In this document: piece by piece, positions 14,036 through 26,638 of the stretch
Layout of the letters: every line of letters starts with the position of its first letter
Position numbering within the stretch: position 1 is the stretch's first letter
From: Laetmonice hystrix
Lineage: Eukaryota
Length of the DNA: 64,000 bases
Direction: 5' to 3'
Assembly (NCBI GenBank): GCA_965235115.1
Contig: OZ249436.1
Coordinates: 6,820,001 to 6,884,000 of the forward strand
Notes under the pieces: model-generated
Seen by the model: the letters and a program-made list of their open reading frames with translations, nothing else
The model's database searches: none
What the model was told of the DNA's origin: nothing
Position numbers and translations under genes: made by a program

Positions 14036-17000
14036 GGGCACAGTTTGCCCTCGACACGAGGCAAGGATCCTACAAATACCAGCCTTGCCCTTGGGAAATC
14101 GAAACCAATATTTTCAAACTAATCCTTACTCCCGACGCCTCAACGTATTGTTCCCGAGTGAAACAAGCGAGGAAGGTTTGGGTGATGTACGAAACCAAAA
14201 AAACGTTTCAGGTCATTAGTATGGCCTTGAGCTATCGGCCCGCCTATGAAGTCAGAACTACAAACACAGCTTGAGGGACATGTGGTTAACGTCATCAACA
14301 AGAGGTGCCAGAGGCTGGCAAAGTTGCGTTCAGACGATAAAATTTTAATTGATTTCTAGCCTTGCCTAGCTTCACGATGCGACTCTTGGGAGAGCCTCTT
14401 CACTTCATATTTACTGATAAGGAACATTTGGTTTGCAGTACGAGTCTCTCTCTTTTTTTATTCTTTGGAAGCAATACATCGTCTGATAAATTGCCGGACT
14501 TTGTAGAATTTAATCTGGAAGAGTCCTTCATCATCCGAAAGGTGGAAGAAAATGCCAGCCTCGGTACCACCACGACCTTTCTGTACAATAAAGATGTGAA
14601 CTTGATCCATTAAAGCTATACTACAGATACAGAAACACAATGATGCTAGCGATTCCTGGCAGTAACACTGGCTAGACCACCTCTTTGGAAGAAGATCATT
14701 TAAGAAGCCTTAATATGTTCGGAACTATCTTTTAGCTCTGTAACCAGACAAGACGCACTCACAATGCATTACGATAGGCTTATTTAACCCACTTTATTAC
14801 ATATAGCCGCAAGCTTGTAAATTAATTGAAAAAAGCGTTGTTCTAAGCAATGATACTAGAGTTCTAATACACCTTAATTTTTGCAAGGTCAGTATGAAAC
14901 CCGTCCATTCACGTGGCTCTACATAATAAAGATGTAAACGCACAATTCCAGTGGTTTTCCAGTGGCGCTGGACGAGGTGTACTTCACTCCGCATGTAAAG
15001 CTAAGTCCCTGTGAATACCACCATGTGATGTTGTATGTCAGTGTGAAGTGATACTTGTGTTAGCAGGTCGTTCACGGCAGTCAGCTGACCACCCAGTACA
15101 GGGATGCTCTGACTGACGTTCTCCAGCGCTTCAAGCCAAACCAGCTCGGTCGATAGAAAGCATCCGGCCGCTGGCAGCAAGGGCCGTTCGCACCTGCACA
15201 TAAACGTCATATTTAATGCAACCCAGGACTCCGGGGCCGACTCCAGCACAATTTGTTTAGGTTTGGCTCGAGGCATCCCCAAAACAAAATATGCGCCCAG
15301 TTTTCGCTGTAAACTGGTTGATGTTCGACAGAGGCTTTGCCGACCTCTGCAGACCAAGTACATGATTCGGGCTGGTGTAAAACTCGGGTGACTAGCAAAA
15401 CTCGCCTGGACAGAGAAATGTTCCGGTACCTGGTTCTGAATTTTGGCCGCAAAATGATTAGAACTTGTTTATGGCCTATACGGAAGTCAATATTGTATTA
15501 CTATAATGTAACCTGACCCTGCTACTCTTTTATTTAGTAACCTACAGCCACCGACAGAAAGGACCAGAAACACTTTTGTCAAAATGTTAAAACTATATTT
15601 GTACCACGCTGCCAATACCAGTTTTCACTCTATATATTACAGATAATCTTGAGCCCTGAGGGGATTTTCTCCTTAAAATCGTATCCGTGTCAGGGGTGAT
15701 GATGTAGCATACTTGGTGGAATTGATATCAGCGGTGTATCTGATGAGATGGGTAGTTCTCCAGGAAGATCCTTGACACCCTCGACTTCCACGAGTTCCTC
15801 AGTCGATGGTACCAGAAAGGCAAATGTTTTCGCTGTTTGAACTTGGCAGGTGTTCTGTGTGGAGTCCTCCGGTGTGACCCAGGTGAGGACTCACTTATAT
15901 CGATTCAAGTGGTTGCAGAACGATCACGTGAGTGACCCAGTCTCGTCCTGCAGGCATTCCTTGCCGCTATTCGGTTGAAACCTCTTGGACACCGCAGACT
16001 GCTACCTGACTGTTGGATGCTGTGGTATGCCACTGGGGGCAGACAACAGTCAGAACCCCACACCTAACTCTGCCACCGCCCTGACACCCTTCCTATCTTA
16101 GTGGTGTACCCTCTTAGCCTGCCCTGGGCCGGGCCTCACACCTCGGACCGTCGCTCAATCCAACGCTTGGCCAGGCTATCGACACCACCAGGCTGCATAC
16201 GCTGACATGTCTAGCATGGCAGGCCAACACTTGGCCGACACAGGGTGTGAGGAATCTGCCGCCTCAGCTTGCACCTCCTCCGGCTGTATGTTTATCATTC
16301 CACCAGCGGTCGGGTTATCGGGGCCTGTCATGATGGATGAATCGGGTGAGGCTTCTCAGGCCATATCAATGGGATTACCAGGTGATGGCAGGATAGTGTT
16401 ATAGGCCTGCTACATGCATTCGTCATCAATCTTCAATCTTAAAACGTAATATCTACATGAAACGGCGCTCTGGGATTTCTAACATCTGTAAGAGGGACAT
16501 GAGGTTTTGCTACATGTCTGGACTTTTACTCTTTTTAAATCATACGTGAAAAAGACAATTTCAAAAAGTTCTGAGAAAGATAAAATATGAAGTTTTTGAA
16601 AATTTATCAATTTTTATCAGCACACATGTAGATATATTCTCAATCCTTTTATTTGTTATATCCTGGCTCGAGCCATGCCCTAGGACAACATACATAACAG
16701 ATGTAAGAGTATGCGCACAGTTGCACCCAGATATCCTGACAGTCGGGTGCACAATGGCCTGACAAGATGTAATACTTGACCAACAGGTGAGAAGTGATCA
16801 CTCATCTTAACTCACCTGGTCTGGAGGCCTCCACAGCAGCCAACAGACACGCGTTTGATGCCTGGAAATTGGGTGTGATGCCTCCCACCTCGCCCCGTAA
16901 TGGCTTCCCTGACAGATGATCCGGTCGTCTTTTAAACAACCCTGAGCTCAAAGCGGCCGTTGGCCGTACCCCCTGCTGCTCCAAACTGCCCATGTCGGGC

Positions 17001-18965
17001 GGAGATACCCCCCGTACCCATCCCAACCCATCGCCTCCCGCTCTGTGAACTCTTCCCATGCCCCTACAGATCACAAATAGAAACATGACCTTGGCATTAA
17101 ACTCGGATCACAAGAAAATGAGTATATCCTCTAATGGTCGACTGATGATTAGATCCGACTGAGGACGAACACCAGCCTGTGATATCTCAACCAAATTGAC
17201 CATGCTCGGGATGATTTAAAAGGAATCTCACAGTCAGAGACATACATCTTTCACCAACAGTTATCCAATTCATAGTCGTATGAATATGAAAGAATTCTTG
17301 TGCGTAATAACGGCATTATATAATTTCCTCAGAGTCGCTCTTTAAATATCTCGAATACGAGGTACTGGAAAAGGTTATCGTGTGACAATCTGAGGGTTTG
17401 AAGCATCTTTCTTCCAGGCCTCAAAAACATCTTTTGTACGATATATTATTGGAACCTGATGGGTATCCTTACTATACACTCACGTTTATCTCGGTCTATG
17501 TTATACCCGTATTCTAAATTAATAATGACATGATTATATACTTGCACCCGGAAAGTTAGTATATTTAGCAGACCTACCGAATTCCGAAACGGTTATTGAG
17601 AAGGTAGTGTCCCAAGTTATGGAGTGTACTTATTAAACTGGTCAATAATTCTTGTTTTCTCAGGTCGCAGGAAGTTGTAAAGTCGTTATGGAGGGCACCT
17701 TGACCTGATGGGGGTGTGGATGAACTCCCACACACTCAGGGGGTTGTGGGCCCTCCCTGTGGGGCTCACTCAGGGGGTTGTGCACCCTCTCTGTGGGGCT
17801 CAGAGTGGGGCTAGAGCTCCGCCCTGTACAGCTATATGTGTCGCCTCTTTACCTGGTGTGTGCAGGTTTTGGTTTGATTGACTGCCGAGAGTTTCAGTCA
17901 ACGCGAGTATCGCTGCGGCCTGGAGTGGGGTGTTAGAACATCGGCCAAGCCACACATCTGTCGTGCACCCCTGATCTCCGGCCGAGTAAATTGTGTATAA
18001 AAACAAACACCACGTGGCCTACTGCTGATTGATTTAAGATCGGGACACCGATAAAACGTCACTGGGACAGTGGATTTCGCCGCCATTCCGAGCTAACATA
18101 TCAACTGGTGGGGGACCTCCGGGCGGGGAGGCCCGCTTGGGGCGGCTACTGGCTAACTGGGTGTCATAAACAGAGGTCGTTGTCGAGTGAAAACTTGGCC
18201 CTGACAACATTGACAGGTCGTTAACCTTGGCCGGCTCGAACCACAAAACGATTCGCGGTAATATATGTTAAAAAAAAAACTTGTTTCAGACTGATGACGC
18301 TTTCAACGAGGGAACTGTGGCGTGATAGAGTCTGACTTAATTAACTAAAGTAAATATTTTAACAAATCTCGTGTGGTATGCTAGAAGTCGTTCCGTTGAT
18401 TCATTGGGTGTATGTTGGGGGGGGGGGGGGTTACCTAATATACAATGTTATATCTGCGCTGTAGGTTATATGTTCGATTCAAGGACTGTGGAAGCCGACC
18501 TTACTGTTGACAGATAGTTAACCCTGTTCTATACCTATAACACTGATTCAATATGTCAGCTTGCTACCCGTTATACGGACCCTGCAGACACTCAAACGTC
18601 TCACAAAACTGAAAGATATTCCGATACCGTATCACGTCACGTCACGTAGATCAACTCAGCCATGCGGTAGGTCCCATCCAACATGTGCAACATGTGATCG
18701 CAAGTTTTAAAATTATGTCAATCTAAATTTAAACATAACAATTGTGGCAGCCAAATTTGATCTCAATCCGTAGCAGTGCTGCTGACCGATTTGTGTGGTT
18801 AATTTGGGTTAGTTATTCTGGCCAGTAACAGAAGGAGGCCATGATAAATAACTCAATCAAATTACGGACAGATTAACGTGTCCTCCCGACATTTGACAGA
18901 CGAGGGACAGGTCGGCAATCCGTACACTACCAACCTCCTGACTGTCGTTATCTGTCCACTCAGGG

Positions 18966-19935
18966 GTACGGTTACACGGTAATCTATACACTGTACGGTT
19001 ACACGGTAATCTATACACTGTACGGTTAGACGGTAATCTATACACTGTACGGTTACACGGTAATCTATACACTGTATACGGTTACACGGTAATCTATACA
19101 CTGTACGGTTACACGGTAATCTATACACTGTACGGTTACACGGTAATCTATACACTGTACGGTTACACGGTAATCTATACACTGTACGGTTACACGGTAA
19201 TCTATACACTGTACGGTTACACGGTAATCTATACACTGTACGGTTACACGGTAATCTATACACTGTACGGTTACACGGTAATCTATACACTGTACGGTTA
19301 CACGGTCATCTATACACTGTACGGTTACACGGTCATCTATACACTGTACGGTTACACGGTAATCTACACACTGTACGGTTACACGGTAATCTATACACTG
19401 TACGGTTACACGGTAATCTATACACTGTACGGTTAGATGGTAATCTATACACTGTACGGTTACACGGTAATCTATACACTGTACGGTTACACGGTAATCT
19501 ATACACTGTACGGTTACACGGTAATCTATACACTGTACGGTTACACGGTAATCTATACACTGTACGGTTACACGGTAATCTATACACTGTACGGTTACAC
19601 GGTAATCTATACACTGTACGGTTACACGGTAATCTATACACTGTACGGTTACACGGTCATCTATACACTGTACGGTTACACGGTAATCTACACACTGTAC
19701 GGTTACACGGTAATCTATACACTGTACGGTTAGATGGTAATCTATACACTGTACGGTTACACGGTAATCTATACACTGTACGGTTACACGGTAATCTATA
19801 CACTGTACGGTTACACGGTAATCTATACACTGTACGGTTACACGGTAATCTATACACTGTACGGTTACACGGTAATCTATACACTGTACGGTTACACGGT
19901 AATCTATACACTGTACGGTTACACGGTAATCTATA
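18966..19935. repeat. Minisatellite, 27 bp x about 36
   Basis: Unit GTACGGTTACACGGTAATCTATACACT, nearly homogeneous. Confidence 0.98.
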
Positions 19936-20889
19936 TGTACGTTATTCACCTCAGGTTATGAAACCCAACCCACAGGTGATTTTACGCCTTGTACCATCGT
20001 ATGATTATAGATGTTTTATCGAGTGCTGCAGTGCTAACACAAATCTTGAGAAAACAGAATTTTAATGCAGAGAAATCGGGTAGATAATAGAAAATCAGGT
20101 ACGTTTAGCTTTCAATATACATGTACATGTACACATGTAGTAGGCCCTATATTGAGAGGAATCAAGCTGAAGAACGACATTCATTACTTACTTTTCGTTG
20201 CTTGTTTTTTATCTCCAGTCGGTTTTCTGAAAGAAAAGAAACTACATGTTTATTACGTTGGGGACGAATATTCAAACTAGCAAAGAGACCAGTTTATAAT
20301 TGGAGTTTGCCAACCCCCATAAGGAGCCCCAAATGTTGCCTGGCCTGTCATTCTATACTCGGCCACAGTGGTTGGGAGTTGAGTGTTTCGGGTTGGCTGA
20401 GATTTCTGACGACTGGGGGGGGGGGGGGGAGCCCACCCGAGCTATCCCTTGATACTGGTTGTTAGTGGTGTTTACACAGTCATCACTCAGATAGCCTCAG
20501 TACTGCTCATCAACGATAGGCTGGAGATTTATAGCATAGAAACAGTACAATTAAGGATCGTTTACCGTCTGGTTTACATCAATCTGCGTACATTTACCGG
20601 TTTAAGGAACGCTATAATAAGGTTTATCACATGGATGTCCTGCTGTCCATTCTCATCCGAGACAACTTAGGTCGGCAGGATAATCCCACTAACACCAGCC
20701 TAAGTTTAAAGGTTGCAATCTTTGATATTATATTTTTGGGTAACCATTATTATTTTGGTAACCATTATTATTCTGCCCTATAGTGTCGATTTGATGTCAG
20801 GGGGTGATAGCATAATTGAAATATTTCTTCCAGTTATAAAATAGGCCGAAGTGTTTTCTGACCCAGATTAAGCGAAAAGGTAATCAAAG

Positions 20890-21586
20890 CCAGACTGGCC
20901 TGCCATAAACAATCTGTCATCACTTGCTAACCTTACACAAGCAGATTATACTGGAAACCAGTACCTTACCTTAACACTTAACCAACCTAACCTAACCAAC
21001 CTAACCTAACCCAACCTAACCTAACCCAACCTAACCCAACCTAACCTTAACCAACTTAACCAACCTTAACACCTTAACACCTTAACCAGACTGGCCTGCC
21101 ATAAACAATCTGTCATCACTTGCTAACCTTACACAAGCAGATTATACTGGAAACCAGTACCTTACCTTAACACTTAACGAACCTAACCAACCTAACCTAA
21201 CCTAACCAACCTAACCTAACCAAACCTAACCTAACCTAACCTAACCTTAACACCTTAACACCTTAATACCTTAACCAGACTGGCCTGCCATAAACAATCT
21301 GTCATCACTTGCTAACCTTACACAAGCAGATTATACTGGAAACCAGTACCTTACCTTAACACTTAACCAACCTAACCAACCTAACCTAACCTAACCAACC
21401 TAACCTAACCCAACCTAACCTAACCTAACCAACCTAACCTAACCCAACCTAACCTAACCTAACCTAACCAAACCTAACCTAACCTAACCTTAACACCTTA
21501 ACACCTTAATACCTTAACCAGACTGGCCTGCCATAAACAATCTGTCATCACTTGCTAACCTTACACAAGCAGATTATACTGGAAAC
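20890..21586. repeat. Composite satellite: about 85-bp conserved block plus variable (CCTAA)n/(CCTTAACA)n tract, 3 full units (196, 189, 243 bp) and a partial
   Basis: CCAGACTGGCCTGCCATAAACAATCTGTCATCAC... restarts at 20890, 21086, 21275 and 21518; intervening tracts are AACCT/AACC repeats. Confidence 0.95.
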
Positions 21587-22209
21587 TTTCATGTTGTATC
21601 AGCATGCACGACCGGCAGCCACTGAGGTTTGCCAGGGCTTTAGTAGGCCTGCGTTTCACCATGGTAAAAGTAGGCCTTTTGGTGACCCACATCATATTTT
21701 TACAATATTTGTTCAATACGGACATCAAAGAAACTCAAATGGAGAAATAAGTCTGTCATGAATAAACTTCTATCTTTCCTGTTAGGGTGTCTGGTTCCAA
21801 TTAATCATCAAAGTCATTGCCCTTCTCCTCGGCCCTGATGTCTGGGTGGGGCAAGGGGTGTTGGCCCATGGACGCCATGCTGGCAGTATAAAGTATTGTA
21901 ATACATCACGCTGTGTACGGACGCCAAACCTGTAGTTTACTTGTGATAATGACGCAATAGATACAGTGTTTGAGGCAGGAGGTCTGACCGCATACTTTGA
22001 CGGTCATCCGCCCATATCTGTAGATGAGCGACACCATGGATCTATATATAAGATACCCTAGTGATCCTAACCGTCAATGTGCCTGAACTAATATATCAAT
22101 CTACTCGGCTAACTACGAGATCGGGATCAGTACTTCAAAGGCAGACTCCGAGTGCAAGACTCGTACTCTGAGGTCATTATGGAGGTCGACCCATTATTGT
22201 GTGAACCAG

Positions 22210-22325
22210 GGGTGCGTTTCAATAACAAATGATATCTTTATCACATTTGTTTTTTATAGTGCAATCTGGATGGGGGAAGAGCGAGTGCTTCTATAAAAAT
22301 ATGCCGACTTTATTGAAATGCACCC
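22210..22325. mobile_element. MITE, PIF/Harbinger-like non-autonomous element (116 bp)
   Basis: TIRs GGGTGCGTTTCAATAA (22210-22225) and TTATTGAAATGCACCC (22310-22325), 15/16 identical; flanked by CAG at 22207-22209 and 22326-22328. 3-bp TSDs and G-starting TIRs are typical of PIF/Harbinger. Confidence 0.65.
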
Positions 22326-23732
22326 CAGTTTCCCTGTTCTTGCTGATGGTGGACTGTCTCGCCCTTTCAAATTAAAACAAAACTTTTTCTTTAGATTAAA
22401 ATCTTTTGATATTAACGATAATGTGTCATTACAATTAATTTTAAACTTTTTAAATAGGCCCTACCCAACCCCTAAGTGTCTATAAATAGTCTGTCGTGAA
22501 ACCGATAGCGACTAGAGACCAAGATTCGTCAGGGTTGATTCATAACATATCAGGAAATCAGCAATAAATCTCCTATGAAGATATTCAACATATATCTACA
22601 AGACAACGTATGAGATGTAGGATATGCCGACTTGGAACTCCGTATTTTGTTTCAAACCGACCGCCTGCTCACAGGGGGTAGTCAGACCACTTGAAGGTTG
22701 AGACTGTCTGTATCATTCTTACCTACAAAAAACACTCTCCATCAGATGGTCGACTTGACTCATCTCATCTGTAAATGAGATGAAAAGTAACGCTGGATTG
22801 GCTTGTAAACTAAGCAGTAAATGAGCTGGTATAGAGAGGCTGAGGATAGCGGAGCTGGCGGCTGTACGGGTAGACAAAGCGGGGCCCTGGGAGGAGTAGG
22901 CGAGTGACAAAACGCCGTAAAGAAGACACTGGCATTTGTTTGAGGCCGTAGGTCAGGAAGGTTAGCTGTAACCCTAACATAGTAACCGAGCCAGCCAGAA
23001 CTTCAGACACTGATCCTGCCTGGTTTGATAACACTGTGTGAAGGACGCTCACCCCCTAGGAGACGATGACATACAGCAATAGATTGAGAACGCTACCCCT
23101 CACGGCGTCTCTTACCGTTCGTGTTTCACGGTAATTATACTCCAGATCCTGTTTATGAACAGAAACCAGGAAAATCACAGGGGTTCAGAGTTTGTGGTAG
23201 AGTAGTTTCCACTGCCCTTCGATGTATACATCCCTAACGTATTGAGCGCCCGTATTGAGCGCCCGTGTGATGTGGGAGTGGGATGTGGGAGTTATTATAA
23301 GCGAACTGGAAAGGCGACTTATTCTTCCTCTACAGGAGCCAAGTTATCTCCTGGATACTGAACGACATGTCGTTTATATCGGGGTTGTCTGGGATCGACC
23401 ATGTTACAACATTCTGACAACAAAAAGATCTCAGCCTTGTCGTGTCCCCCTGACTGCATACAAACAGTCGGCCAGATCCTTCCATGTACCTCCAAGTGCT
23501 CTGTGGGTAGCTCCAGTGTCACTGACAGATCCACTGGGATGGGCCGACAAGTTTTCTTTGAGATAAAAATCCTGAAGCGCCACTCAGCCACATGGGCTAA
23601 TCTGGTGGGAAACCGTACCATTATTACTGCTCTTGTCGCCTTGAATAGTTTCATTTCGACGGTGCAAGAATCGTAGTATATGTATGTCTATTTTTACAGT
23701 ATATCCTGGCCCATAATAGTTGTAGTGAATAA

Positions 23733-23957
23733 GTGTCAGATGTTCCAATGAGGCGATACAACATTACGTATCGGCGTCAAATGTTCCAATGAGGCGATAC
23801 AACATTACGTATCGGTGTCAAATGTTCCAATGAGGCGATACAACGTTACGTATCGGTGTCACATGTTCCAATGAGGCGATACAACATGACGTATCGGTGT
23901 CACATGTTCCAATGAGGCGATACAACATGACGTATCGGTGTCACATGTTCCAATGAG
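23733..23957. repeat. Minisatellite, 41 bp x about 5.5, each unit with a 6-bp hairpin
   Basis: Unit TGTCAAATGTTCCAATGAGGCGATACAACATTACGTATCGG; stem CGATAC/GTATCG. Confidence 0.95.
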
Positions 23958-24974
23958 AAACGACTGGTAGGTACGACTGTGGCCCATCTGACCTTGGTAC
24001 CCACGGCTGAGCTTTCCCAGATCTCTCCTATGCCAGTTGCCACCTTTGTTTACAAACATGGCCTATGGGAACCGTCGCTTTATTTTATTCTTCATTCTAT
24101 TTATCATATGACGGTCATACTACACCCCGCAACAGGTTCCAAGACGATATATGCAGAACGGTTTCTATGTGGGCAACCTTTATAAGCCTGCTATGACTTC
24201 ACCCTGGTATATTACGTAATTGATCGTTGTTTATGGTCTGTTCATGGCCGACAGAGCCTTTCTAGATAGATCCATAGAGGAACAGGATACCTGATTGCCT
24301 GCAATCTGGAGGTCTAGTTTATCTGTTTATTTTTGATCAATTCATAATATCTTAATTTAGTTACGTGCCCTAGGATTACGTAAGGAACCCTTAAACTTGC
24401 CAGATTATTAAACGCCCCGACGACTCCTTGTATTATTGCCCTGGCCGGCGGATTCACACCTGGGACCTAGCATGCTATAATTCCCTGTAAACTCGGTATG
24501 GTCAAGGTGGTGATCAGCTGGATGCTCCCAACCCTGAAAAACTTTGCCTCGAGTTAGCAGATATTAGGAGAAGTGGATTGTGACTGAAGACGACGGTGTT
24601 ACTGGTTTCAGTCACATCATCAACTATGACATCTTAGAGTAGCGTCAGCTGTATGGGCAATTCTGGTCTGCGGAGTGTCATTAAAACTGACACACTTAAA
24701 AAACACTTCACATATCTCGGCCTCACCCACCCTGATACTGCACAGGCTACGAATGTCTTAACCAATGTGCTTACAACGTATCTAACCTCCAGTCTGAGGG
24801 AAACGTTCTGAAATTAACCATAACCACCAACATAAACAATTTAATAAACACAAGACCAACCCTTATACAAATGTTAGTGGGCACCCCCTGCACGTCTGAC
24901 CTATTTCTATATGAAAAAACATTTTCTTGATGTATTTATAAAAGAAGAAATGGGGGGGGGGGGGGCTTAAGGGT

Positions 24975-26638
24975 CTGACACGATCCCAACCACCCAGTCC
25001 CTTCATATCAGTGCACAGTCTATCACAGTCCCTAATGTTCACTCTGTATGCACACTGACACGATCCCAACCACCCGGTCCCTTGATATCAGTGCACAGTC
25101 TACCACAGTCCCTAATGTTCACTCTGTATGCACACTGACACGATCCCAACCACCCGGTCCCTTGATATCAGTGCACAGTCTACCACAGTCCCTAATGTTC
25201 ACTCTGTATGCACACTGACACGATCCCAACCACCCAGTCCCTTGATATCAGTGCCCAGTCTACCACAGTCCCTAATGTTCACTCTGTATGCACACTGACA
25301 CGATCCCAGCCACCCAGTCCCTTCATATCAGTGCACAGTCTACCACAGTCCCTAATGCTCTGTATGCACACTGACACGATCCCAACCACCCGGTCCCTTG
25401 ATATCAGTGCACAGTCTACCACAGTCCCTAATGCTCTGTATGCACACTGACACGATCCCAACCACCCGGTCCCTTGATATCAGTGCAGTCTACCACAGTC
25501 CCTAATGTTCACTCTGTATGCACACTGACACGATCCCAACCACCCAGTCCCTTGATATCAGTGCAGTCTACCACAGTCCCTAATGTTCACTCTGTATGCA
25601 CACTGACACGATCCCAACCACCCAGTCCCTTGATATCAGTGCAGTCTACCACAGTCCCTAATGTTCACTCTGTATGCACACTGACACGATCCCAACCACC
25701 CGGTCCCTTGATATCAGTGCACAGTCTACCACAGTCCCTATAATGTTCACTCTGTATGCACACTGACACGATCCCAACCACCCGGTCCCTTGATATCAGT
25801 GCACAGTCTACCACAGTCCCTAATGCTCTGTATGCACACTGACACGATCCCAACCACCCGGTCCCTTGATATCAGTGCACAGTCTACCACAGTCCCTAAT
25901 GTTCACTCCGTATGCACACTGGCACGATCCCAACCACCCAGTCCCTTGATATCAGTGCACAGTCTACCACAGTCCCTAATGTTCACTCTGTATGCACACT
26001 GACACGATCCCAACCACCCAGTCCCTTGATATCAGTGCACAGTCTACCACAGTCCCTAATGTTCACTCTGTATGCACACTGACACGATCCCAACCACCCA
26101 GTCCCTTGATATCAGTGCACAGTCTACCACAGTCCCTAATGTTCACTCTGTATGCACACTGACACGATCCCAACCACCCGGTCCCTTGATATCAGTGCAC
26201 AGTCTACCACAGTCCCTAATGTTCACTCTGTATGCACACTGACACGATCCCAACCACCCAGTCCCTTGATATCAGTGCACAGTCTACCACAGTCCCTAAT
26301 GTTCACTCTGTATGCACACTGACACGATCCCAACCACACAGTCCCTTGATATCAGTGCACAGTCTACCACAGTCCCTAATGTTCACTCTGTATGCACACT
26401 GACACGATCCCAACCACCCAGTCCCTTGATATCAGTGCACAGTCTACCACAGTCCCTAATGTTCACTCTGTATGCACACTGACACGATCCCAACCACACA
26501 GTCCCTTGATATCAGTGCACAGTCTACCACAGTCCCTAATGTTCACTCTGTATGCACACTGACACGATCCCAACCACCCGGTCCCTTGATATCAGTGCAC
26601 AGTCTACCACAGTCCCTAATGTTCACTCCGTATGCACA
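24975..26638. repeat. Satellite, 80 bp x about 21
   Basis: Unit CTGACACGATCCCAACCACCC[AG]GTCCCTTGATATCAGTGCACAGTCTACCACAGTCCCTAATGTTCACTCTGTATGCACA; starts 24975, 25055; small indel variants in the 5' half. Confidence 0.98.

Noticed and set aside
13141-14274. Long ORFs (to 354 aa), including a mucin-like TASRGATLTPPAV repeat ending at a minus-strand GTAAG donor
   Set aside because: Read-through of the 39-bp array; 34-bp variants break the frame and several frames on both strands are open.
15000-15900. Protein-like fragments (VVHGSQLTTQYRDALTDVLQRFKPNQL; KGKCFRCL; VPSTEELVEVEGVKDLPGEL)
   Set aside because: Short, on conflicting strands, lacking good donor sites, and not assignable; possibly old TE debris.
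23733-23957. Hairpin-containing short repeats as a CRISPR array (also the 33-, 36- and 45-bp arrays)
   Set aside because: Units are head-to-tail with no unique spacers, there are no cas genes, and the context is eukaryotic.
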